32,000 bases of DNA, from positions 180,001 through 212,000 of the forward strand of contig NW_008806282.1 in assembly GCF_000400465.1 (NCBI RefSeq). The letters are read 5' to 3'. This DNA comes from Wallemia ichthyophaga EXF-994 (Eukaryota; Fungi; Basidiomycota). This document shows positions 20,689 through 30,702 of the stretch, piece after piece (within the stretch, counting starts at the first letter, position 1; each line of letters begins with the position of its first letter). A program made the translations under genes and the position numbers. The notes below the pieces were generated by a model. The model had not been told where the DNA came from and searched no databases. It saw only the letters and a list, made by a program, of their open reading frames with translations.

Positions 20689-21894
20689 TTAATTTGATGC
20701 TTTATGCTGCGTACTGGTCAACCTCTCCCGTTCGTCATCATCATCTGCCTCGCCTATATCGAATATAGCGTCATTCGAGCCACTCTCTACGGCTTGATCG
20801 CGCATGTTTAGCTCGTCATACTCCATCACTCTGCCTGTCGATGGATCGATTGGCTGGTTGGAGCTTGTGACTTGTTTGTATTTGATGTAGTTGTAGACAC
20901 TTGATTATACTTGTTAGCATGTGTAATAAAAGCAAAACACAAGAACCCACCAAATACCCAAAATAGTGATACACATTCCTGTCACGTTTATTGGGGTTAG
21001 AGTGTCACCAAAAATAGCCGAGCTAATGAATATTGTGAGAAGCTCCTTAAATATTCCTGCGATAGACATGGTGATGATAGATGAGCGCTCTATCAGCTTG
21101 AACTCGGATAGCACCATACCGAAAGCGAGAAAACCAGGTGAGATGATCATCAAGCAGGATTTTAGTGAGTGGAGTGCACCAAATTGGAAGTAATCACTGT
21201 GGAAGATATCCCACCAACTCTCAAATATGACGCTGAGTAGAATTAGACATGCGAACATGACAGGCGCGAGGAAATAAAGAATGATGAGAGGATTCTTCAG
21301 TCCATACTTCTGTTTCTGAAGAAGGATTTGAGTGAGAGACCAACGCAAACCACCCGCGGCTGTAGCGGACATGACTTGAATAGCGCCAGAAAGGACGAAA
21401 GAAGTTTCAGCGCTGACCATCAACACCACACCGATAGCTATAATGACGATAATCACAGCCATTGATAGCGATGGTCTCTCCAATTTGAACAGGAAAGCGA
21501 AGAAAAGGACCCAGATGAGTGAAGAGGACTTGCACATCGTGTAGAAAGTGAGAGTGATCGACTTAAGTGATAAGTTGCTTAAGCCAATGTCTAAAGCTGT
21601 AGCTAGAGCGCAAGGTATAATTCTCTTGCTATAATCTAATAGTGTCATAGGTTCGTTCGTTTTAAGTGCGGGGAATATCTTCAGACCGATAAAGGAGAGG
21701 ATCCACTGCATGAGCATGTGCCAGCTGGTCATGAATAGCGGGAAAGGGAAGCTGGACTGGCTGACGGAGAAGATCCACTTGTTGTAGACAGACAGGCTGA
21801 ATGCGAACGTGTACCAAAGTGAGATGTAAATGAGATTAATGAGCGCATGCCTGAAGTACCAGCTTCTTTTATCGTCTTGATTTTCCAAAGGCAT
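20689..21894 (-). CDS. Triose-phosphate transporter / SLC35C2-like nucleotide-sugar transporter, 2 exons
   Basis: LSVYNKWIF, FPFPLFMTSWH, DIGLSNLSLKSITLTFYTMCKSSSL, GLRWSLTQILL, AGIFKELLTI; the last exon GICVYNYIKY ends with TAA at 20689. Confidence 0.9.
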
Positions 21895-21919
21895 CGTTGT
21901 CAGCAATCAACGAGCACTT

Positions 21920-23368
21920 ATGACAGAACACCCGATCAAGCATGGAGACTTAGAGCTGGAGAACGCCGACGAGTATCCGTGGGTTTCTCGTAGAGTGCAA
22001 TATACCCACTCACATACTCTCAGCACCATTTTCACCACGGAAACAAGGCTCAGGAGAGGATTGTGTCCGGTGACGCAAAATAAACTGAATCCCGCTGAAT
22101 CCCACCAGCTCTACTACGAAGTACACGGCTCAGCTGATCCACAAGCTGAGAAGTTGGTATTCATTATGGGTTTGAATGGTAGTTGCTTCGGCTGGTCCAA
22201 ACAGATCAACAACCTCGCACTCACAGGGAAATATCAGCTGCTAGCCTTCGATAATAGAGCAGTTGGTCACTCAACTGGTCCCAGAGGTCCTTACAGGTTG
22301 GCGTTGCTCCTCCTCAGCCACGTGCACTCCTCTCACACAATTCCAGCACTAGCGGTATGGCAGAGGATGTCATAGTCCTTCTTGACCTACTGGGATGGAC
22401 AAACAGCCGCTCTCTTCACTTAGTTGGAGTTAGTATGGGTGGTATGTAAGTCGTGTCTTCAATTCCAATCCGAAGCTCAATTTCTCTTAGGATTTCACTT
22501 GAGCTGTGCCATAGAATCCACGAACGTATCGCGTCTCTCACTCTCGCAGTCACTAGCAGAGGCTATGGCCCTTTCTGGAATCTACCATCGGTACGTCATC
22601 GATAAGCATGTCTGCTGTCGTTGTAACATCACCGCAGTGGAGAGGTATCTACACCCTCATGTCCTTCTTCACTATCAGTGATAGCGAAAAACTCATTCAG
22701 TCGTACCTAGAACTAGTGTAGGTATTGTACTTCACTCTTTGCAACCGGCTTAGACTTGCTACCCAGATTCCCTATCCATTGGCTCGCTGAGATACGCGAG
22801 AATGACAGCCTTAAACGCACAAATAGAGAATGTGAAAGAGATGTGCGAGGGACCTTGAAAAAAGGTGTCAACCTACTCACACGCCCAACAGCACATGATC
22901 GAAAGAGCCAAATACTCTAGAGAACAAGATCCCTTCGGTGCCATCTCTCAAATGTATGCTGCCTTAGGACACAGCGTGTCTCCAGCCAGAATGAAGTTGA
23001 TTGATCACAATATACCAAAGGTGAGTAGTGAGTTTCGGGGGGAAGGTAGTTGACCTGTGCTATAGATAACTATCGTATCTGGAGATGAAGATTATCTAGT
23101 TGGTGAGTTTAGATGTATTTTTCTGTCTAACTCCCGCCTAATCACTCTCCCTAGACATATCATGTTCAGTTGATCTCAAGAAACACTTGCCAAGGTGGGA
23201 ATGGTTGGACATTAGCTAAGTAGCAGCTAACCCGCAAACAGTGCAACATACACTGTATTTGAAAATACAGGCCACGGTCTCATCGGTCAGCGTCCCTTCA
23301 GATTCAACAAGCTCATCGAGGACACTGTCGCAGAAGGGTCTGAAATAGTTGGCAGGAAAGCCAGGTAG
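21920..23368 (+). CDS. Alpha/beta-hydrolase fold protein, multi-exon
   Basis: LYYEVHG, KLVFIMGL, LAFDNRAVGHS, nucleophile elbow VGVSMGGM (GxSxG), catalytic His in FENTGHGL; TAG at 23366-23368. Confidence 0.85.
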
Positions 23369-23632
23369 ACCTTCGCTTAAGGAAATAAACACCTTCACTC
23401 ACTCTACCGCTTACTCATTTCATCACGAAAAATTACGCACATACAAGCTATTCACGTGACACGATCCTTTATTGTTAGACATCTATATAGAAATATAAAT
23501 ACTTGATATACCTCCGTCAATAGCTAGAGATAAGCTAGATAGTGAGAAGAAGTGTATTACTTTAGATGCTTATATGCAATCAATGCAGTTGTTTTGATAT
23601 ATGTGATTCACTGAGCCACTTTTATGCCATGT

Positions 23633-25530
23633 TTATGCGGTATTCTTGATAATTGCGTCTAATTCCTGCACTACTTCTGTAGCACTTGGGCGGTGTTTAC
23701 CATCTTGCACCCACATACGTTCGATGAGGTCAAGAACATCACCACCCCACTGCCTCTTGAACTGATTCAGAGACGGTCTGAGTGTGTTGCATTAGATATA
23801 TCACAAAACAAAAGCTCAACGCACCTTTTATGCTTTTGTCCTACCTGATCATAGATGAAATGCTCATTTTGACCTTCCCAGGGATAGCATTTTTTAGTAC
23901 TATGCCACTGCAATATCTCCCAATACACGAGAGCAGTAGCAAAAATATCAACTGAGGCAGTATACGAAGGCTTAGCCGACCACAACTCAGGAGCCTGCCA
24001 GTTGACAGTGCCGACTAGAGACTGGATCATAGATCTGGTACTCTGCTTCACTCTTGCCAGACCGAAATCATTTAACTTAGCTCTACCATTATCGTCTATC
24101 AACACATTACTCGACTTCATATCACGATGTATGACTTGCGGCTTGCATGTGATATGTAGATACTCCAGCCCTCTGGCAATGTCAAGCATAATAAGTAAGG
24201 CTTTCTTGTTCGTTGGGGGTGGATTGTTGCGGAGGTAGTCGAACAAATCGCCATTCTTGCATAATTCACTGATCAGCATCACTGGTGCACCATTTCCAGG
24301 CACTGAGACGCCTATAAACTTGACAATATTGGGATGATTTAATTTTGACAGTACTTGAAGTTCTCTGATATCCATCTCGGTTAATTCTCCACGTATATCT
24401 GCCACTGCGCACTTTTTCTTGCGGATTGATCCTACGTAAACATCTTTGAAACCACCAGAACCTATTCTTTCTTTCTTTTCCACTATCGTAGCCTTGATTT
24501 CCTTATTGACTAATCCAAGTTCCTGTAAATCCAACGCCAGTCCTTCGCTAGTATTGCTCGAACGATGACCTGGTTTGGGAGTAGCTTTAGAGACATCGGT
24601 GGTGTCACTCTGGCGAGCTGTAACAGTGCTTGAAAGGTCTGACAGCACAGCGCGTGTAGGTTTCGTACCTCGACCTTGGCGAGAGCGTTTTTTCTGTGGT
24701 TTGGGTGTGTGCAGGTCGCTATCGATGCTGGCGTTCTCCTCGAAATCCGACACAGCAGTGGTAGAGCTGATTTCTGAAGCGGATGATACGGGAACACTAT
24801 GCATATCCTCCTTATGCAACAGAAGTAATTCAATCAGATCATCTTTAGTGTGGTGTTTTGAATGCTCTATCCCTGAGACATTGCACATTTGTTCCAGTTG
24901 TCGCTTCAGATACCGTTTCAGAGATGATACGGTCTCATCGCGCATATCCACGTCTATATCCGTATCGCTAACGTCATCGGATTGGCGGACGCCGCGCATA
25001 TCTCTATTCTCAGCATCGCTAGAGTGATTGCTAGAGCTTGCGGTAGCGGCAGAATCTTTCTCGCTATCTGCTATGCTCATTAGGGACACGCTCTTTGCAA
25101 AGTCCTCGTCGGGTGTATGTGATGAGTCAATTGAGATTGTACGCGTGCGCAACTGATATCTATTCTGAGGCTGGGAGGAGTTGTTGAGAGACTCCACGCT
25201 TATTTTGTTCATGGCCTTGCGCTTGGCTGCGCGTGTGCGCTTTGCAGTTGCACCTGAGCTTTGGGAGTTAACGTTGCTAACGCTGAGGGGCTTGGTTGAG
25301 TATCCATCTTCGTATTCGTCTTCGGAAGAGAGACTGACGGGATGAACACAGCGCCTGTCTCTGAGCCCGTCTTTCTCGAGGAGTATCTCGATTAGCATTT
25401 CCTTGGTACACGCGCGCAGATCACCGCAGTCTGAGCCCTCAGTCGCACTCGCCGTGAGCATTTCCAGCAGATCAGCCTTCCTGCACCGCCTCAGCTGATC
25501 CTCATGTGATTTCGTTGACATCGTTGACAT
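23633..25530 (-). CDS. TKL-type Ser/Thr protein kinase with long N-terminal region and WNK-like lysine placement, 2 exons
   Basis: IGSGGFKDVY, LNHPNIVKFIG, IHRDMKSSNVL, DFGLAR, GTVNWQAPE; the last exon MWVQDGKHRPSA ends with TAA at 23633. Confidence 0.9.
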
Positions 25531-25616
25531 CGTTGTCGCTGTGTAACCTCTTATAGACACCCCACCAAGTGCCCAAAAAGTTGTGGCGCGTTTCCAACCT
25601 CTCTAGAATACAGCCG

Positions 25617-26345
25617 ATGCAGACGCGTGATAATCTCATCAGCTTCTCTCCCGTCGACTTCACGCCGCCGCCGCTGCCTATCCGTAGCGGCGGAAGTGGG
25701 AATGTAGGGGGCGTAGGAAGCGCAGCGGATACAGCGGGTACAACAGACACCGCTAGCAACAGAAGAAACAGCATCACGCCTCCTCCACCTCCCCTCCCAC
25801 TCAGGAAAGGGAGCGGTAGCAGCACGTCGAGCATCCATGCCACCGCTAGTGCACTCAGCAGACCTCAGCCAGCTACACCTGCGCCAGCGAGTAAAGTAAA
25901 ATCAAGCATACCCATTATGCCCCCGCCTGCGCGTATCAATAGCCCCGGAAGCAGTCTGCGCGGAGGACCTAGTAATACGTCACTAAATAGAATAACCGAA
26001 CGGAGTCGATCGGGCAGTGTAAATAGCACATCTAGCACACCACAATCAATACGCAATTCTCCTGCTCCTAGCTCGATATTCAAATTGACGCAGCCGACTC
26101 CTATCGACAAAATCCGCTATCAGAGTCTGTATAACAGACTTATGGAAAGGCAAAGTAAGGCAAGCGATAGGGGTGCGTTGGATGTCAGAATAGTGAGAAG
26201 AGTTTGGAAAGCTTCAAAATTAGATAATGTATACTTGGACACTCTCTACAACAACTGCAACACACCAAACAAAGAAATGGATGCAAATACATTCACCAAA
26301 TCATTAGCCACTATAGATTCGGAGCTGAGACGACGCAAGTCATAG
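25617..26345 (+). CDS. Pro/Ser-rich protein with C-terminal EH-like domain (Irs4/Tax4-like)
   Basis: PPPLPIR and PPPPPLPLRK motifs; C-terminal RYQSLY...LDVRIVRRVWKASKLDNVYLDTLY...FTKSLATIDSELRRRK resembles an EH domain. First ATG at 25617. Confidence 0.6.
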   Translation: MQTRDNLISFSPVDFTPPPLPIRSGGSGNVGGVGSAADTAGTTDTASNRRNSITPPPPPLPLRKGSGSSTSSIHATASALSRPQPATPAPASKVKSSIPIMPPPARINSPGSSLRGGPSNTSLNRITERSRSGSVNSTSSTPQSIRNSPAPSSIFKLTQPTPIDKIRYQSLYNRLMERQSKASDRGALDVRIVRRVWKASKLDNVYLDTLYNNCNTPNKEMDANTFTKSLATIDSELRRRKS

Positions 26346-26351
26346 CTAAAA

Positions 26352-27629
26352 CTAATCAATTAACGACCCAACGTCTTCATACCACGCCTTTCGAACATTC
26401 TCATTCAAGTACCGTAAATCACTATTTAATCTATTCAGCATTGCATCCGAATATCCTTCTTTAGTGAGTAAAAGCGCCTCTGTGACGTATATAGCGACTG
26501 TGATTTGAGCTAGTGGCTTCTCTGGGCGTAAACTCTTGCGCGTGTCATCTAATGATAGCTCGTCATGGAAGTATGCCTTGATAGCTTTAAGATGTCTTGG
26601 TTGTAGCGATGTAATGCGAGTACCTTCCCGTTCTATTGATCTGTTAGCCGTGTTATACTTTACTTTGTTCGAAATTGAGTTCCTGATGTGGGTATCTGAA
26701 GTGGTAGGTATAGGCTTGGTATTGTTTGCAGCGTTGTTTGGTGTCTCTTTAATTAAACCAGTTTCGTAGTCCTTTTCTACTAAGAAATTGCTATAATCGG
26801 TATCTTTGGATTGTTCTGATAATCGTTTATACATCTGATAGCCAGCGTAAACATCATTAGCCGCATATTCTATCTGCTTCCAGTCAAGAAAAGACTCCCA
26901 ATCACCAACTCTCTCATTTCCTTTATCCAGTCGCTGTTTCAACACATACTCTGTCAATTTGTCCAGTGATATCAACACTTTATTCGTGCCCAGATCTTCG
27001 GCGTGGATAGATTTAGCGAGGAAAGTCAACTCCAGCAACCCTTTACACTGTACCTTGTAGTCATTGAAGAATTTGCGACCATCGTTGCCAATATTGACAC
27101 CAAATTTAATAATGTCTTTGTTTGTGAGAAGTTTGATTAGCTCTTGAGGTAATTTTGGCATGTGGTAGAGGTGTAGGATAACAATAAGCTTATCATCACA
27201 TAGCTGTGCTTTGTCAGCTTTGCGTGGCTCAATGGCCACACTCACCTGTACAAGTGCTGTGGGACGTTGACGTGCGTTCTTACGGAAATCGACTTTCCAC
27301 TCCATATCAAAACCTACAGGACCTCTAAGGAGGGAAATTAGATCATCAGCTTCTTCCAAAGAGCGCGTGTAGGCAATCCCTGGTGCTTTGAGACCTTTGT
27401 TTGAGAAACTCGGTGGACGTGTGTAAGAGTAGAGAGGGAGGGGAGTGACTGAGGGTTTAATTGGTGGTTTACTGGCCTTTCTAGGAGTACTCTGTAGCGT
27501 CTTGTTGCGGTAATCAGCGGGTGGGTTTGGGTTTGGAGGTGTAGTAGCCACACCAGTAAAACCACCAGTCAAATCTATAATTTTATCATTTGATAGTCTT
27601 CTTATTAAATTCATATTCCTAGTGAGCAT
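26352..27629 (-). CDS. DEDDy 3'-5' exonuclease (WRN-exo/EXD2-like)
   Basis: ExoI GFDMEW, TALVQ, ExoII KFGVNIGNDG, SLDKL, DW, ExoIII YAANDVY; probable 42-nt intron at 27204-27245. Confidence 0.88.
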   Translation of the reverse strand: MLTRNMNLIRRLSNDKIIDLTGGFTGVATTPPNPNPPADYRNKTLQSTPRKASKPPIKPSVTPLPLYSYTRPPSFSNKGLKAPGIAYTRSLEEADDLISLLRGPVGFDMEWKVDFRKNARQRPTALVQVSVAIEPRKADKAQLCDDKLIVILHLYHMPKLPQELIKLLTNKDIIKFGVNIGNDGRKFFNDYKVQCKGLLELTFLAKSIHAEDLGTNKVLISLDKLTEYVLKQRLDKGNERVGDWESFLDWKQIEYAANDVYAGYQMYKRLSEQSKDTDYSNFLVEKDYETGLIKETPNNAANNTKPIPTTSDTHIRNSISNKVKYNTANRSIEREGTRITSLQPRHLKAIKAYFHDELSLDDTRKSLRPEKPLAQITVAIYVTEALLLTKEGYSDAMLNRLNSDLRYLNENVRKAWYEDVGSLID

Positions 27630-27655
27630 CACAATGCGGTAGATAACCAACGACG

Positions 27656-29547
27656 ATGATCTCAGTTGAAGAGACTATTAATTTAATAGAGAACATTAGA
27701 AATCAGCCTAATGACAGCAATTTACTTGAAGCACTTAGAGTTCTAGTTGCTGTCGACTACACAACGGCTCTATTCTCCACTATCACTCAATCTGTGCTGA
27801 TATCCAGCCATATTAAATATACTGAGAAGATCACCTTCTTCAAGTCCCTCACTGAATTCAAATTATCAAGTGGATTCAACTTGATTGGCTTGCTCGATTC
27901 TGTCTCCAGCTTCAACCAGCCTCCTTCACTCAAATTCTCCTATTTTGCCGGTGTTCTTTTGGCTGTGCAGTCTGACAACTTAAAGCTTAGAATTGAATGT
28001 GAAAATGCTCTTATTTGCGAGCTTGAAGATAGCCTACTGCTTGAGAAAGTTGCTATCAATGACGACACTTATCTTCAAGCCCTAATCTCTATTCTCCCAC
28101 ATATACCCTCATCAAAGCTCAGATTGATGGATACCAAGGTGTGCACATTCCTTGGAGCTTCTTACCAGTAATGTTTACTCAACACAGCCTCTAACGATCC
28201 TCTTTGCGAAAATCCTCTTTGATTCACTTAGCGTTGACAGCCTGGATGGCTCGATCGAGGTGGGCAGGAGTATCTAATATTACACCTGCTCTAACATCTA
28301 TCAGACTAAGTGCACGGAAATGCAACAAAGAACTCATTATCCCAGCATATCGTCCATATCACAAACTCTCACTCGTTTGTTCACACTCCGGTCACGTCAG
28401 GATAGTTCGGAATTGGAACAAGTACTAAGCACTCTGCTAGCTCTAGTATCTCAGAACGAGAGGATGCGACTACAGTCTGAATCAACGGAAATGTCCATCA
28501 ATACTCAAGTAATGTCTCACTTTAAAATACTCTTATACACCTCAATTACCATTCTATACGGGACTATCACACATTTAGCCACATCGAATGGCTTTGAGTG
28601 TGTTGAGGGGGTTGAATATGATCTACCCCTTGCCACACTACGCATTATGTCCAGATTGGCAATCATCAACAGCATACTAAATCCAGATGGAGAGTTGCGA
28701 CAGTGGAGGAGCATCAACATGCTTTGCGTAGACATGATAAATGCACAGAAAGACGTCAAACAATCTGAGCAGGTATTAGATATGCTTGTCGCTGAAACCA
28801 CCCTCGATAACTACAAACACCTATCGAAAGTCAACCATCTGTTTCATATTGCAGAATTTGTTGTTTTGAACTGCACAGTGGAGTTCGCAGTAGCTATACT
28901 TCTACCTGTATGTGATAGGTAGGTGATATTATACAGCAATTCGTAACTACTAACGTAGTTCCAAAGATATCTGGAGGATAGCACCGACATGGTTACTTTC
29001 GAGAATGCGCACTCAGTCACGCTTACTCTCTTCGCCGGGGTCAAACCTAATGCATTGGACCAAGTATTGGTAGCTAGAGTGATGAGCTACAGCATCACGC
29101 TCCTAAAAGTGAGATCAATCCTAAATAGCCAGCTAAGTTGACCACATGATTAAGGTTATGCGCATCTTATCACAGGAGCAATTTAGATTGGCGTATCAAA
29201 GTGTCATTAAGAAGGTATCTGCTCATTCGACAGATCTGACACAATGGTGCATTGACGGTTTGCTTGACTCGTATAAGAGCGTGGAAGAGGATCAAAAAAT
29301 CAAGATAGCGTACACCCTGCCTACGCTACTGCCACTTATTAACCATCACCTACTCGATAGCTTCCTTGTATCACTAGAACGTCTTCTCAGCAGTCATTGG
29401 ATTGCAGAGAACCGTGAAGATCTCCTCACTCTCACTTACAAATCAATTAAGCTGACAGGAGATGAGAGTAACCTCTTAAAATGTCTAAATTGGTGGGGTG
29501 ATTACACATCCCGAATCAAGAGCCTACCAATAAAGTCACGCCTGTAA
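27656..29547 (+). CDS. Multi-exon helical protein ending in PTS1 (SRL); probable peroxin Pex8-like
   Basis: Four track ORFs can be linked by short introns; the last exon LSQEQFRLAYQSVIK...QWCIDGLL...WW..IKSRL* is recalled as resembling fungal Pex8. No search was run. Confidence 0.5.
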
Positions 29548-29700
29548 GCTTCATATTGCACACGTGCAAGTATAACTGTATCATTATATCAGCCCTACAA
29601 AACATAAATTCATAATGAGAAAACAAGTCAATGTAAAACCCAGACAAAGATGATGTGAAACAAGTGAAGAAAGACGAACACTCTTGGACGTGAAAAGCTT

Positions 29701-30702
29701 TTAGACATAAGGAGGACCCATAATCTTACGCATTTGATTGATAGTAAAATCGACAACGAGGAGAAGAATACCACCACCTGGTCCCAATCTAGTAGCCTTT
29801 GGTATGAATCCTTTGAACAACGCCTTTACACCTTCTTCTCTAGCGACCAGCAATAGAGATGGATATGTCCAATTGTATTTTGGTACTACTCCAGGTACCT
29901 TCACGGTACCCTGTATACGACTTTTAACAACGTCGAATGGAGTGTTGAGCACTGTGCCGCACAGACCACCAATTGTACCCGCCGTAAAATTGTTGAAGAG
30001 GTTCGCCGAATTTGATTCTGCCTTTGGAAGCAAAGAGCGTACTTGGAAGATAACACCGAAGTAACCACCGTCTTGGGAATGAGCGTGGTTAGCAAGGAGT
30101 GAAAACTCAAGAAAAAAAAAACTCACTCCACCAGAAGTGTCTCCAGAAAGTAGCTTCCATGCCTGCGTACATACCCAAGACACCATCGCTCTTGACGGTA
30201 TGTTTGATTACATCGAGTGGACCTGTAGGGAGAAATTAGAATAATACTGCGTGCACACAGCAAACACACCCTTGAAAGTGCTTGTCTTGTCCTGCAACCG
30301 AATCTTAATCAACTCAAATGGAGTAACGACGAATGATTCGGTAGCACCCGCACTGCATCCGGTAGCCAAAGAAAGACCCTGTGTCATCTCACTAACGCCA
30401 GCCAAAGACTTGTAAGTCTTTCCCCAGTAGTCATTCGCCGCGAACTTTACCGCTCTCTTCGGAGCTTCAAGGGTCAATGGAGCAGCGAGACCTCTGTACA
30501 ATTTAGAGAAACCTTCGCTCTTTGCGATTTCCGACAACATCTTCACCATCCCTTGGCTTTTGCCTGCTTCGAGCTGCATTCTCGTCTTTGCAATATCAGT
30601 CGGATACATGGTCAGTATTTCAACAACACCGCCAATCGCTCCTGCTAAAGGCATAGACCAGCCTGGTAGAGGTGCTGGAGATGGGGATTTTTTCTGTTCC
30701 AT
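29701..30702 (-). CDS. ODC1: Mitochondrial carrier, 2-oxodicarboxylate carrier (Odc1/2-like), multi-exon
   Basis: Carrier signatures YPTDIAKTRMQ, TPFELIKIRLQ, TPFDVVKSRIQ; LEAPKRAVKFAAN and RLGPGGGILL are characteristic of ODC. Confidence 0.88.
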
